A stretch of 64,000 nt of DNA from Azolla caroliniana (Eukaryota; Plantae; Polypodiophyta): positions 992,001 to 1,056,000 of the forward strand of contig JBHGNT010000021.1 of assembly GCA_043228905.1 (NCBI GenBank), in the 5' to 3' direction. The translations under genes were made by a program, and so were the position numbers. Positions 1 through 14,200 of this stretch are shown in pieces. The number at the start of each line of letters is the position of its first letter. Position 1 is the first letter of the stretch. Under the pieces are notes generated by a model. It searched no databases. It was not told where the DNA came from and saw nothing but the letters and a program-made list of their open reading frames with translations.

Positions 1-1586
1 ACTACATGCAATTTGGGCCTAAATACTTAAGAGAGAGGACTTAGTGAAAGAGTTGTAGCCCAAGTCGAAAAAATAAAAGAAAGCCATGGAGAGGAGCTTT
101 ATCTTTTCACCTTTTTATGTTTTAAGTGATTTTGTCTTTGTCTCCTTTGACATCATGGTGACATAAGACCCTTTTCTAAGTTCTCTAGGTTCTCTTTCTT
201 TCATTAAATCTTTTCCATGCAGATGCCAATGTTCATGTTGATGAAGCTACAATGTGTACTTTAACATTCATTTAGGTGGTATTCAAATTTTGTTTACAAT
301 GCTCAACATAAGGTGCTTTATTGAGGTAAAAGGTAATGTGTTCTAGGCAAATGTTTCGAGGCGGCTTGTTGAATGAATGATATAACATTTAGTTGAGTAA
401 GTGTTTGACTTTGTGTATTTGTAGTTATTTTTTATAATATTGTTATATGTTATACATGTCATTAGTTGGGGCATAACTTGTTTGTGTATGGTAAGGTCAA
501 TCTAATTGGTATATATTTGAGAATTAAAAAATGCATAATCTTGTCATCGCATGAGGTTTTACCTTAAAGTAAGTTCAATGGTTTTAGTGCACCAACTTTG
601 GTTTTGGCGTGTAGGGAATATTTACATAATTTCAAATTGCATACACACACTTGCCCCAAGCGACAGGATTAGTGTCATAGGGAGATCCAATAGATGCATG
701 AATATTAGTATATCCCAAGACCCAATCTCTCTCACTTGCATCATTCCTTACCTCTTTTTTCTTCTTCACCAAATCTCTAAAACTAAGCATATGAATTCTG
801 ATAGGATATGAATGTATGGTTGAAGGCCCCAACTACCAAATTGACTTCAAGATATCACCATCAAAAGTACACCTAATAATTCATTTGGAGTTGTATGGAG
901 TATTTGGAACATGGGGGAAAAAATACCACTTAGGTCTCATTTTTTACACACCGCAAATCAATTTATGTAAGTCATACTTTAGTTTTAAAGATACTCTCTC
1001 GGAAGAGGAGAAAAACAAATATCCATTTCTATCAAGCCATCCATGCGCATTTCACCGAACATCTATACTTAACGGATTTGAAATGCAAAATATCCACGCT
1101 TTATGTTATATTTCCATTCCCATAATATTTCTTCAATTGCAATTATTGTTACACAAGTGGATTCCCTATCAAGAGCATTGCCACATCTTTGCATGTTGTT
1201 GTTACTTTGCTCCAAGTATGTCGATGGTTACATATTTGAAAACTATAATGTTATAGGATATTGAAACTTATAAGAAAAAGGTACTCTCTTCGTTTGTTAA
1301 ACTTGTTGATGAAACTTCCATTTATTGTAATTAGTTAGAAGTTAGAGAGTGGAAGAGAAGCAAACATCCTCAACTAAACATTGTGTCTACCTATTCTAAG
1401 TGAGCGGGCCACACCAATACTTAATAATTACCAAGTGCGATGAACATGCCAATTGACATCACATGAGTTGTTCTTTGTACAATAAGGCCTTCTCAATAGA
1501 ATAGAATAGATGTTTGATTGTCCATGACAAGGCCAATATTGACCTATAAGACCAAATCAACATATCATATTGTATGTGACTCCTTC

Positions 1587-1830
1587 CTAAGAAAGGGGAT
1601 CACTTTGCACTAAAAGCTCTCTATGTGAAAATAATGCACGCATGTATGTGCTCACCCTTCTTGGAGGGCATTTGAGTATGATACTTACATTGTCATGCTT
1701 GTCTAACAAGGCATCATATTTCTCTCGAATTACCTTATATGTCAAGCATGTGATAACTAAGTGATATTCATTGTCCACTCGGTTTTCATTGCATACCTTG
1801 CATATCGTCATATTTGGATGGGGAAGGAGA
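1587..1830 (-). mobile_element. LINE (non-LTR retrotransposon) 3' relic, C-terminal Cys/His knuckle
   Basis: ORF ICKVCNENRVDNEYHLVITCLTY...IRE matches the CxxC...ExHxxxxC.Y...R motif at the end of LINE ORF2 proteins. Confidence 0.55.
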
Positions 1831-3566
1831 GAACCATGTTCTTTATGAGGTTATTAGGAATTTTTATTGTGTTTTTGACATTCCAAGCACTAGAAAGTGA
1901 TGTGGAGTCAACACCACCTTTCTCGATTAGATGTGATGGTGTGTGAATCATGTGACAACATTAATGTGCATTATTAATCAACGGTATACAACCAAAGTTC
2001 AAGCTCCTTTGTTGTCTTTGTATTTGCCCATTTTTAAATGATAATAACATTTAAGGGCACCTTATGGGTTTGTCATATTGGAAGATTTTGTGCTTAAATT
2101 TTGCTCTAAAATCAATGCTTACATTGGACATAAACTATCGTTAAGTTTAATTAAGGAAGATCAAACTAATAATTCATGGATGAACTAATTATGTTGCAAT
2201 TTTCTTTGTAATAGTGGACTATTTTGTATATTGCCTTGGGCCACTTTATGTTAATACCAATGGAGGATATTTTTATGGGTAAAAAATTCATGGATGAACT
2301 AAAACTTCCACAAACAAATGTGCCCAAGCTAGACATTTGTGACTCAACATATGTGGCCTACTTGACATATTACCAAATTTGTATGCATCTATGCTTATCT
2401 AAAACAATTTGCAATTTGATCTTAATTGTTGTTGCCAAGGGGTTTATCAAAACATTACTTCCTTCTATGATCCCCTTGGTGCATGTAAATTTTTTGTTCT
2501 ATGCAATGTAGATGTTCACTTATATGTGCCATACAATATACTTCCGTTTGGAATCGACAACGTTAATGATGCCATGACAGTGATGACATAGCAAACCTAT
2601 GTAATGTTCAATGTTTTTGCGGAAATATTAGTCATTTCCCATTTGTCTCAATAGAGTTTTAACACTATATATATGTGATATAATGTTTAGTTTCTAAACC
2701 TTCATACACCAATAAATATAACTGTTGTCGAATGCTACTTGCAAGGAATTTTTCTCTTTACATTTCTACACGCATATATCACAATAAGGTTCTGAACGTT
2801 TGATTTTACATCCAAAGCCAATACTTCTTATTCAAATATGCACGTCTCAATTTTATTGTAAAGGCAACATTAAGTACATAATAAGGTCATGAACTTGAGG
2901 TTCTCACATCCTCAATCAAACAAGATATGTGAAGATTAAATTTGTGTCAGTGGCACCAACATAGTAACTAACCAATACATGCCCCCCCAACCAATAGACA
3001 AACATGAAGATCAAATTTCATGCTGATAAGTCGCAATACAGATCCCCCCAGTTGAAGCCCATTGACAAGCACCAACATCAAGTTCTTGCAGCCAGAACAT
3101 CACAAAGCGAAAAGCAAAACTGGAGATCGATATTTTCTTGGTGACAACATGGAGATGATGCCGTATCTATATATCTACCAATGGCCCCACTCAATCTATA
3201 GACTGCGAGCAATAACATCTATATGCACACTTTCTCTCATTAGTAACATTATGTTGGATATCGATTGATTGACAACAGGTGTGTGAGTTTAGCCTTAGCC
3301 TGCACCACCACCAGAATCTGTGTGTGTGTGTGTGAGAATTATAAACTCAAGACTAGTCATGGTCAAATATAGGATGAGGAGGCTCTTTCCCCCATTCAAA
3401 TGGTGATCTCTTCCAAACAAACATTAGTTTAAGTCAAAGGTTTGTAAAAACTTGTTATTGTTTTTGAATGTTGATGCAGGGTCTTTTTTGGCTATGGTGG
3501 GAGATGCTGCTTTTCTTGAACACCAGATTTTGGCATTAAACAAAAATAGCAAGAAAAGCAAAAGAA

Positions 3567-6500
3567 ATGAGGATCTTGGGTCGTCTCCTCTGCCATGCTT
3601 CTTCCAAGTCCAGGGCTTCCTCTATGGCTTCACATTCTAGGGTTCTCCCTCAACCCCCCGCGAATTCATATCATCCGGCTTCTTCACCATCGCCCGTTTG
3701 TCAGGAATTAGGGCTTTTTAGACCTTCACCACATCTTCAGAGGAGCTCCTCTGTTCTGCTCAGCTTTAGGATATCTTCATCGTTGTTGTATCCTCTCTCG
3801 GCTCGCCGATACTTCTTCTCGAGAAGCAAGGGCTCCAAAGATTCCGAATCTGGTTTCAATTTCGGAGGCAAAGATTCTGATGCTGTCCCCGATTCTCCTA
3901 AAGAAGACATTCAAGCCTTTTCCAAAGAAATAGTGGAGGTGGCCAATAATACATTCTCTTCTTTGAAAGAGACCACAGCAGCATCTATCACGTGGATTCA
4001 AGAGTCTACAGACAGCATTCTCCCTATTTTAAAGGAAAAGTATGACATTCTTCAAGCCTATATCTCTTCCGAAAATTCCTCTGAACTTTTTTTAACTTCG
4101 ATGGGGGCCATTCTAGCTTGGTTTGTGTTGCCGAGGCTTCTTCGACGTTTGCATCAATATTTTGAAGATGGATCACACATCTTATTGGGTCGATCAGAAA
4201 AGGTTCCATTTGAGACAAGTTTTTGGTCAGCCATGGAAGATCCCGCAAAAACTCTTGTCGCAGTCCTCGCATTCTCACAATTGTAAGTGAATTCGACTTC
4301 TTATTTTCTTCCACTTCATTTTGATTTGTGTTTTGATAGGTTTAAAATTTACTGTCAAGCATGTATTTCTACATATGCCCTGGAGGATCTATCAAACCTG
4401 TAGTTTGAATAGCTGTATAAGATCTATCAAGCATATAAATAAATTATAGTTTTGCATAGCTATGGAGGAACCATTCAACATGTAGTTTTACATAGCGATG
4501 TAGAGGATCTATCAAGCATGATGTAGTTTTGAGTAGCTACAGAGGTACAGAGATGCTCGTCAAACATGTCGTTTTGCTTAGCTATGTGTAGGATCTATCA
4601 AACACGCACTTTTGCATCAGTATGGAGGATTATTGAGCATGTGACTTTGCATAGGTACGGGGGTTCTATGGAACATGTGGTTATCAGTTTGGTACAACAT
4701 GTTTTAAATCAAGTTGATAGACATGTAGTTACTAGTTTGGTATAACATGTTTTGAATCAAGTTGTGTGTTGTAATCTCTTTCAAACATAGTATATATCAT
4801 GATCAGTAAATAGTGAATGTTTCCTGCCGAATTATGTGGGGCTGCCACAACAATAATCATGTGAGGTGCCAAGACATATGCCCTATTTAGGATGTGGACA
4901 CATGATCTTAGGACGTATAGCTTTCAGGTGCATGGGCAGGTGAGTTCTGAGTGGAATTTTATGTACTATTTGAATGCGAAAATCACCTCAAGTGGTAGAG
5001 CATAAACAATAGAAATATATCATGTGAGTCCAAGTATTAGATTATGACATTTGATCAGTTCTTATCTATTGAAATATGATAACAAAAACATAGATAATAT
5101 TGAAAGTTGAAATCTGTTAACTTCAACATTAGTCATAATGGTGGAATGGAAGAAAAGCAACTCCAGAAATATTGGGCAATGGGATCAAGAAATAGGAGTG
5201 GGGCGAATACGAAACAAGTGCAAGGGAAAAGAGATAAGAGTGAAGGAAATGGAGGCTGTTCTCTGAAGAAGGAAGAGGAAAATGCATGAAGTGGGAAGAA
5301 TGATAAAGCAAAGGGGATGGAATAGAAGGGCTTGTGAAAGATTTCCCTAATAATGGCAAGTGAAACAGGAATAACCCAAATTATGAAAGCGGGATTGTGA
5401 GAGAGCAATGATAGCTTTGTCTTGTGACGTGACGCAATTGAGTACTACACCTTATATGGTGAAAGTCCACAACTGGAAGTACCTCTACAGCTTCTGGAAG
5501 GAGTATTTTTTGACAACCAATCAAACCTTCTGGTGTAAATTCACTTACCCAATAGAAAATCTATAAGAGTATTACTTTTTATTATCTTTTTGTGAAGCTC
5601 ATTAGGATCTGAATTAATCAATTCACTATCATATAGTTCAATTATTGGTCGAGGAAGAGGTACTGGAAATTATCAGGAAATATAAAATTTTATAAAGATT
5701 AAGTTCTTGTGGAGTAATATATCGAAAGATCATTTGAGCTTTATGAGAAGAAGCTCTCATGTTCAATTATGTATTTTTTCTGGGGAGGGGTGCTAGAATA
5801 TCCATCGTAATAACAAATAAAGAGTGATCCTATTTTGAGGGCATATTTCTCGGTTTATTGATAGAAGAGCAATCTAAAGATCAATAAGTTGAAACGTAAT
5901 ATAGAACCTATGATAGGTTTTGGGGATTGAAGACTTTGAATAACTCTGGATAATGTTATTCAATTATACAGAGAACCAAATATTCTAGGAGTTATGATGT
6001 GATTCTGTTAAAGAAAACTTTGTGTTTGCTAAGACTTCAAGCAATTAAGCTTTAGCCATATCAAGAATACTCCTGAATCAATCAATTGAGTTTGAGAAAG
6101 TTCTTGTCAATTCTAGTGAAATGCTCTCAATTAAGGCTATTCTACAAGCATTGAAGCTATCTTTGGGAGTTCTGCACGAAAATTTAGAGGGTTGACAATT
6201 TCATCAGTAACATTGAGAGGCAAAATGGAAAGAATTCAATATACCATTTCAATGGGAAAAATGTTCTCCTACATTTAAGTTACCTAAGCAAAACATTTGA
6301 TTTTAGGCATCCGATTTTTCATTACATGTGGTTCCTCTTTCAAACTTTTCATCTCTATATTTTCAATCTCCATTGCATGCTGAAGATTTAATTCTCTTTC
6401 TTTACAAGCATGTATTTTGTTTTGCAAATTCATAACTGTTTCTTGCATCGATATATACATGGCCGCCAGTTTCTCAGGGCTTTCATTTACATCATCAATC

Positions 6501-8302
6501 ACTCATACGCCCCTTGGCATATTTACTACTAATGAATTGAAAAGTAAAGGAGAATGTACCTTGTAGTCATCGAGCTAGGGTTACGAAAATCAACCTTCAG
6601 TTGCAGGAAACATGGAGTCAAGAAGGCAGTGGAGAGAATCGATCACTTTACTAGCATATAACTAGTGCTACACTTGTTTAATTTGAATGTGCAATCTTGT
6701 ATCATTTTGCATGATGGGTTCAGTAAATGTTGACATGCAGGGGCTTACTGATTGCACCGGCTACTTTTGGGACACTTTATGTGCAGCAAATATGGAAGGG
6801 AGCAGCAGTTTTTTCATTAGTGTGGTTTTTACATCGATGGAAAAGCAATCATTTCTCTAGAATGATTTCCAATCCGGATTTGGGCTCCGTTGAGAAAGAA
6901 CGTATTTATACACTAGACAGGATATCATCTATGGGTCTCTTTGTCCTTGGTGGAATGAGTATTGCTGAGACTTGTGGTATCGCTGTGCAATCTGTTTTGA
7001 CTGTTGGAGGAGTTGGAGGTAACTGTTAAAATTTTGAACATGCCATTTTATTTGCAAAGAAAGTAGATTTGGTCAATTAGATTTTTCTAAAGTCCCAAAT
7101 CCATGATATTTTGTTTAGAAGATCTTGAAATGTTTTTAAAATGATTATTGAATGAGATATATCACTCATGAAGCATGCTGCATATTGCCACGTTGTCTAT
7201 TACTAGATCTCAACTTCTCGTTGTTTACAAAACAAATCCAATTGGTTTGCCAAGTGCCCAAAATACAAGGTTGACAAATAAAGAGGTTTTGTTAGAGGAA
7301 TGATAGGAATATGGCTGTTATAAACCTTAATCTCAATGAAGAAGCGCACAGTCTGGTAGCACGTTTGTTTGGGTACAGGGGTGCATAGGTTCGAATCATG
7401 TCACCTCAATTATTGCCGTGTACTGGTGAGTAACCTTTGGCTCTGTCCTTTTTCCACATCATTCTCTGTGCTTCTTTTGGCTTCTTGTGGCATAACTCTT
7501 TCCATAAATCAAACAAGCATTGTGACCTGCCTGCCTGAAACATCTCTGAGACATGACCTTCTGAGTCATCTAGACATTGTGAAACCTGGAAATTTCGTAT
7601 GTGGAGTTGTGAAGACTTCTCTAACTACAATAACAAGACGCACACTCTGTCATAAACATGACAGTGACAAACAATATTTGATTATGGAAAATTGATGGGC
7701 GAGATGTCCCAGAAAGAAAGGGAAGATGCCTTTATTAAAGGTCCAAACCCTACCTTAAAAGGTGCCTTTACATATAGCTCCATAACATTCAAAGATGGAA
7801 AAAGGTAAAATTTTAATGTAATTCTTGAGATACTAAGGTATGGCGTATGGCGCTACAATGTAAGTACGTGGGTTGGCCGCCCCATGGGAGTTAACTGAAA
7901 TCTACAAGTAGCTTTATTTCATTCATGCTTTCCAATGAACGTTACATATATATGATGGGATTCCTTAGTTGAAAGCGTGAATGTGCACACGTTGAAATCT
8001 TTCAAAACCATTAGTCATAGAACTCTTAACATGCCAGGAATGTTCCATTTTCATGGCTTGTTAGCTTTCAAAGGCTCATCAGTATGCCATCTGATTGATC
8101 TTTCTTGCATTATAGAAGAGGCTGTAATAAATGCAGAATCACTAGTCTTCTATTAAATGAGTGTTCTTCTTTCAACATTGGTAATTTATCTTGTATATGA
8201 TCCAAACAAAAGATTACTTTGGAATGGCCATCCCTTATCTCAGTTATTAATCAACATTATGGATTAATTTCAGGGGTTGCGACTGCTTTTGCTGCAAGGG
8301 AT
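3567..8302 (+). CDS. MSL1: Mechanosensitive ion channel MscS-like protein, mitochondrial MSL1 type (5' part; truncated by assembly gap)
   Basis: Exons 3567-4282, 6741-7018 and 8274-8302 with GT-AG junctions in phase. Arg/Ser-rich targeting-like N-terminus; FWSAMEDP, WFLHRWK and QSVLTVGGVG|GVATAFAARD (MscS TM3) motifs. Confidence 0.88.
4355..4770. repeat. Degenerate ~40-bp tandem repeat in MSL intron 1
   Basis: Recurrent GGAGGATCTATCAAGCATGTAGTTTTGCATAGCTA-like units. Confidence 0.65.
7336..7409 (+). pseudogene. trnP: Degenerate organellar (mitochondrial-type) tRNA-Pro(UGG) insertion
   Basis: GCGCACAGTCTGGTAGCACGTTTGTTTGGGTACAGGGGTGCATAGGTTCGAATCATGTCACCTC resembles plant mitochondrial trnP-UGG (D-loop GTCTGGT, TTTGGG anticodon loop, GGTTCGAATC T-loop); acceptor stem decayed. 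Confidence 0.7.
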
Positions 8303-8402
8303 NNNNNNNNNNNNNNNNNNNNNNNNNNNNNNNNNNNNNNNNNNNNNNNNNNNNNNNNNNNNNNNNNNNNNNNNNNNNNNNNNNNNNNNNNNNNNNNNNN
8401 NN
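8303..8402. other. Assembly gap (100 N)
   Basis: Run of N; the two flanks are unrelated (MSL exon versus LTR-like sequence). Confidence 1.
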
Positions 8403-8662
8403 AAAGAAGAAGAAAAAGAAGGAGCGAATGTAACTAACCCTAAATCTAACGGTATACCCTCTAATGCAAAATGGGCAACCCTTTCACAAAGGGCGCTCCC
8501 TTCCTTTTATAGAACAAGGAGAGGGATGCGTTACAATGTGGGATAAATCCCGACTTGACTCCTACTATTCACACGTTTTTACAAGGGTGAGTGCACATGG
8601 TGCACACCGCCGATTCTCTCGATATTCTCCGATTCCGCCTAAGGACGGTTTTCTCCACGACA
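8403..8662 (-). mobile_element. Partial LTR of a retrotransposon abutting or inserted into the copy A transposase
   Basis: Ends in ...CACGACA (TGT start on the minus strand) exactly where homology to the copy B transposase begins; minus-strand TATAAAA at about 8505. Confidence 0.45.
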
Positions 8663-10159
8663 GCGTAGAACCACTTGTATCATTTTTCTTTATAGAAAAA
8701 ATGTGATTGAAGCTTATATTGTTTAACTGGGCGAGCACTTTAACATTCCCATCCCTCCCATCTGATATACATCTCTAGCAGTATTGTCCAATTAAATGTA
8801 GAGAACAGGGGGAAACGACTGGCCCCAAGACATCAATACATGGTGAATCATTGTAACTGTTAGGTTAGGGTCCTTGTGAACATTGGGGTATGTAATGAAG
8901 ACGTGAGGTCTAACTAACCTATTATAAGACAAGCATACCACCAAGTGCATTTGAACAAGGTCCTCATCATTGATGTCTTTGGGAAGCCTCCGCATATGAG
9001 GTAAACACGTCTTTTTCTGGTCCATGCCATCGATCATTAAGCACATGTATTGTTTGGGAGTCTTCAAACACTTCTCTCTATGACACATCGCCTTCTTTCG
9101 TTCTAACGATTGTGCTTCACGATGCACCTATACTAACTTCTTACTCATATCCTTTTCCGTTGTTGTCTTAGCACCTTTAACCATACTTTTAAGGTTTGCA
9201 CAAATAGAACAATACCCCATCCCATGCGTACTTTCCGCGGAATAATAACATTGAAAACCATGTTCTCCACAATCTTGTGAACTGGCTGTATGTGACATAT
9301 TTATTACTTGATAATAGCATTTCTGATCGATAGACATCATAAACTTCCTGACATGTGTAATTATCAAAGACGTGCATCCTGCAGATCATAGGCATTACTT
9401 CACAATTTAACTTGAAGTAAATTTTTCATCCAACCAATATCATGTCTTCCAGCTACACCTTTTATACTTTGAAACATCTTTACAATTCACAGTGTGATCC
9501 CCACTAAGAAGACGTGTTGTACTCTATGTAGTCGTATGTTACTAACACATAACGCAATTTTGAATGTCACGTTACATATTTGTTGCGGATGAAAGATATA
9601 ATACTTGAATGATACTTTGATCCCCAAAGAGTTGTCAGACACCAATTGCATATGTGAGCCGAGGTAAGTGTCTTGCTCATCATCGGTCATTGAAAAATAG
9701 TAACGCCTTACCTCACACAACTTTGCCTTTCCAATCATAGACATACAACCACATGCATAACATGTTTTGTTGACATCAAATGCAAGTTGCTTATTTGATG
9801 TCACCAAGTTCTACGTGGGATTCTCCTGATTTGCATAGGGCTTGTCGATAGCTTCTCTTGACTATAAATAGGTGTAACCACATTAGAGAAAATTATGTTC
9901 TTGTTAGCTCGACCCCCATGATCTTCGATGTTTCATTGGCATTACCTTCATTGTCTGTATCCTTATTGTAGTCATATTCTTCGATAGAGAACTCTTTATA
10001 TGAGTCGTTATTCACAGGAGGTATAGGAGAAGATGAGCTCAAACAATATTCTTCGACAGAAAATGATGCTTATGTCAACAAACAATACTCTTTAAGTGAA
10101 AACGATGTTTCTATCGACAAACAATACTCTTTAACCGAAAACGGTGAGTTTTCACTCAT
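8662..10159 (-). pseudogene. DDD/E transposase (Sola/DUF7869-like), copy A, frameshifted and internally deleted
   Basis: ATG at 10159; FS(V/L)(K/E)EYCLS repeats, CYACGC, YCSIC, LMIDGMDQKKTCLPH, PPVLYI*LDN. A 250-bp deletion at 8772-8776 removes the GHTHDHID motif. Confidence 0.8.
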
Positions 10160-10366
10160 GGCTTAAGGTCTAAACAAAGCTCTCTAAATCATATGCATTG
10201 GCTAATATAAGAGATTGAAACAAATAATAAGTGCCTCTATATATATAAGCTCCCTTAATCGAATGTCTAATATAAAAAGATATTATTATTATATAAAATA
10301 TATGTACACACTAGTCATTATCATATACATAAATTATAATTTATACAATAAATTTATTGTTTATAT

Positions 10367-10680
10367 CCCAAAATGTGTATTATATAAAAATCTATTTGTA
10401 TTTGTATATATATAGTCTATATTTAAAATCATTAGAGAGTCATAAATATGTAAGTCTAATTTCAAATAAATGAAGATAACAATCATTTAAAAGACCCATT
10501 CCCCACGTGTAAATAAAATTGTTATTCCCAAAATGTGTATTATATAAAAACATATTTGTATTTGTATACATATAGTCTATATTCAAAATCATTACAAAGT
10601 CATAAATATATAAGTCTAATCTCAACGTTTGTTCGTTAATGAAAATCATAATCATTTAAAAATGTCATTCCCCACGTGTG
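10367..10680. repeat. ~160-bp direct repeat in the spacer between the two element genes (copy A)
   Basis: CCCAAAATGTGTATTATATAAAAA... begins at both 10367 and 10527. Confidence 0.75.
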
Positions 10681-11107
10681 AATAGAATTCCTATTCCCCA
10701 TGTGGGAAAGAGGGAAGTATATTAATTTTCACCTTTATTTATTTCACTTTAATCATAAGTTCATAATCATTTATTGGTAATCATAATCAAACTATTATGT
10801 ACTCATACAATCAATAATGTCCAATTATTGCTAACTTATGATTACATGCATTAAATACAACTATGATGTAATTACTATCACCAATAATTGCTAATCACAT
10901 ATTTAATTCTAACCATAACTGTAACTACCCTAGAGTACCTAACTCACTAACTTTTAACTAACCTATAACTAACCTAGAGTACCTATGTCAGTAACTTTGA
11001 ACTAACCAAAGAGTAATAACAACTATCTAGCATAGGGGAACTAACTTGGTTGTAACCTAACTACAGTTAAAGTAACCATAGGTACTTTAACCGCGGTTTT
11101 AACGCCC

Positions 11108-11115
11108 TATAAATA
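11108..11115 (+). promoter_or_regulatory. TATA box of ParB-MTase gene, copy A
   Basis: CCCTATAAATAGGA is conserved in both copies, about 115-130 bp upstream of the ATG. Confidence 0.65.
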
Positions 11116-11236
11116 GGAGGACCTCATTTTACGGAGGTCACACGCGTAATAGAGCACTCAGAGCCAAGAAGCACACAGAGCATCATCAACACCGGAGCAC
11201 GCGAGCAACTCCATGTCACCAACAAGCACAAACATC

Positions 11237-14200
11237 ATGTCTTTGAAGAAGATTGAGCGCACGAACTCCAGGTAAGATACTAACTGTACAGACGTTTCAG
11301 TTTCTCCTCCCTTTTTACCATTAGAGACCATTAACATGGTCCTGATTCAAACAGGAACTCGATACATCGAGTTTGTGTCTAAAGTCTTACTTATAAACAC
11401 GAACTCGATACGACATATGGAGTTCCTGTTTAAAGTAGGGTTTATAATCTCAAACTCGATACGCCACATCAAGTTTGTGTTTAAAGTAGGGTTTTTAAAC
11501 ACGGTTCCTATTTAAAACGCATACTTATGAACAGGAACTCGATACGATGTATCGAGTTCAAGTTCAAGTTCCTGTTTAAAAGCGCTACTTTAAATAGGAA
11601 CTCCATACATTGTATCGAGTTCCTGTTTAAAGTAGAAAATCTACAACAATATCCTCATCATGGCACCATTTTAGATGGGAAATTGAGACATTTCAATAGA
11701 ATAAAATGAATTTTGAAATAGTTAGGACCATTAAACAATTAGGGAATATGCAAGTAGCCTCACAAAATACGTGAAAATAACCAATAATTTAGACTTTTAA
11801 CAACAAAATTGACCATGTCTTTATACATTTAAGAAACTTTACATTCACTAGACCTAGAAAAAAACTAAAAAAACCATATTTCATCATAATATAGTAAGAG
11901 ACAATTAATTATACAATTGAGTTCCACTATTTCAACCTAAAGCATAAACTTTCAATGAAGGGAAATAAATAATCCACTAGGTACTATTAATAATTGTCCA
12001 ATTAGGTTAAATTTGATACAAGTCTAATCATCATGACCCAACTTAGATATATTTTCCCACTTCTTCTTTTAAATAGGTCTTTTGAGAATCTTTCGAACCG
12101 TTTGGTGAAGAAAATTAAGCTAAAATATCAAAACTCACCAGTGGAGAACCCAAAACAACCAGTTGCACATAATGTGAAAAAGAGAAAGAAACTACTTTTT
12201 CACGAGGACAATAGGGAACAACCGTCTGACGAAGTTATTTAAAAGAAGATGGCTGCAACAATTGGTGGGGAGGACCTACCTGGCCGTGATTTGACAATCA
12301 ACGAGTGGTGCGTGCAATATGTCGACTTGAAAAGGAAAGTTGTCCTATTTACCGCTAAAAAGAAGGGGGACGATCAACTTAATAAAGAGAAACCCTTTAG
12401 TTATGGATGATTGTTACGCCTTGACTACGAAGACGCCAATTCCCTCAATCTTATCATAATGGTGCATTGTTCGAAGGGAATCCGAAAAATGTTTTTGTTT
12501 GAAGATCGACTTGTCAATGATTCATGTGATCCTGAATCTTTTAAAGTCGCCATTGAGACTTCACAAAATCTTATAACAACATTAAGACCATATATACAAG
12601 GCCATATAACTTTGAGGGATGCGTCGCCAGCTCCGGTGAAGGCCCCACAAAAGGGCTCAAAGATGCAGTCGAGACTGGCAAAGAAAAAGATCACAAAGAT
12701 GTCAGAGTCTGAATCATCAAGTTCAATGGATGATGAGGAAACTCGGGCCCAACCAGGTGCCGAGCTAGCATTTGGTGTTTTGTCTTTTGAGCTAAACAAG
12801 ATTCGAAGAGAGTTAATGCAAAAGAAACTTATGAGGAAAGGTCAAGTCTTCAATTTGCCTCTAACACACATTCATAGGCCACTAGTAGATGTTAATACAG
12901 GACGAAGACCACTTGAGATTAGAGAGCCACATAGAATCCATGTTCAAAATCTCAAGAAAAAAATGAAAATAAATCCACATGCCACAGTTGTACCATTTAT
13001 AGTAATGGTGGATGCTGACGAATGTTCTGCAATTGAGTATTTTGATGTGAGAAAATACGATCAATACAATTAGTTTGTAATTGGTGGATCACATTTGGCT
13101 GAAGCATGATGACAACTTGTAAGAGAGCACCCAACCATTTTTTTCTTCAAGTATGTCGAGTGTAAAATATACGTGGGCCTCACAACTGAAGAGGCAAAAC
13201 TCTTGGCATGGGACCACAACAATGACAACGATTGCCGGCAAAAAATGTCATCCATCGAGCGGATAAGGTTCTTCCACCATGAGTACTTGGACGTCAGACA
13301 AAAGTTCGGCGTAAAGCTTCACCCTAGACTACGACGTCAATGTCTTCGTGAGGTCGGGATTGTTGTTGACGATAATGTTAAGTCAGATGGTCTTCGTAAG
13401 TATGAGTCATGGTTTCAATTATCCTTTATAGATGGGGAAGTTTGGGACCTTCAAGATCAAATTTTTTCAATGTGGGAGAATAAGGAGGTCAAGGGTCAAT
13501 GGCAAAAAAAGGGTAGAGTAGACCCCCAGCTCAAATTGAAATCACAAGCGGCGAAGAAAATTGACCTGACAATTGAAGAAGCGGCCGACGACATGAAGCT
13601 ATCTCTATGGAGAGCAATGCAAGGCATTAAGGATGAGCACCTATTGGTGTCAGTGTTGTCAAGCGTTGGGGCCAAAGAATTGAGCTTAGAAGAGATGGTC
13701 ATTAAATTCAACAAGTCTTGTCAAATAGTTAAATGAAACAGTTATGGTTTTATATAAAGTTCTAATCTCTATTGGTGATTTCACGGTCATAAGGTATATA
13801 AAGATCCACGAAGTTATGATGAAACAACGTGGATGTATAACTTGGGAGCAAGTGATTGAGGATTATCCTCTGATGTCTTCATGTAAGGCGTTATCTAAGT
13901 ATTCATTGCATTCAAGGATTGGGTTAGTATTAGTCTCTATCATAATGATTTCTTAATATGTAAATGTTGTGTATTAATAGTTGATGTCTTATTTTCTCTA
14001 TTAGAAACCTTGTCGTGGCAAGAAACCAAGAGAAGTCAAGGATATACACGACTTTCCAACATCCTTCCTTACACATCTCAAGAGAGCCAGAAAAGAAAAA
14101 GACCGCCGCTTAGTCAAGGTGTACTATGAAATTGAAGAAGATGGCTCCTTCAAAACATTTAGCCACATGAAAGACATTACAAAAGATCTCTACTATAATG

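Noticed and set aside
620-1260. Decayed coding-like sequence with weak resemblance to 38950-39300
   Set aside because: No diagnostic motif could be recovered and the similarity is too weak to call
5100-6500. ORF fragments in MSL intron 1 (coiled-coil-like ORF 6284-6502)
   Set aside because: Probably a decayed retroelement, but no motif supports a specific call
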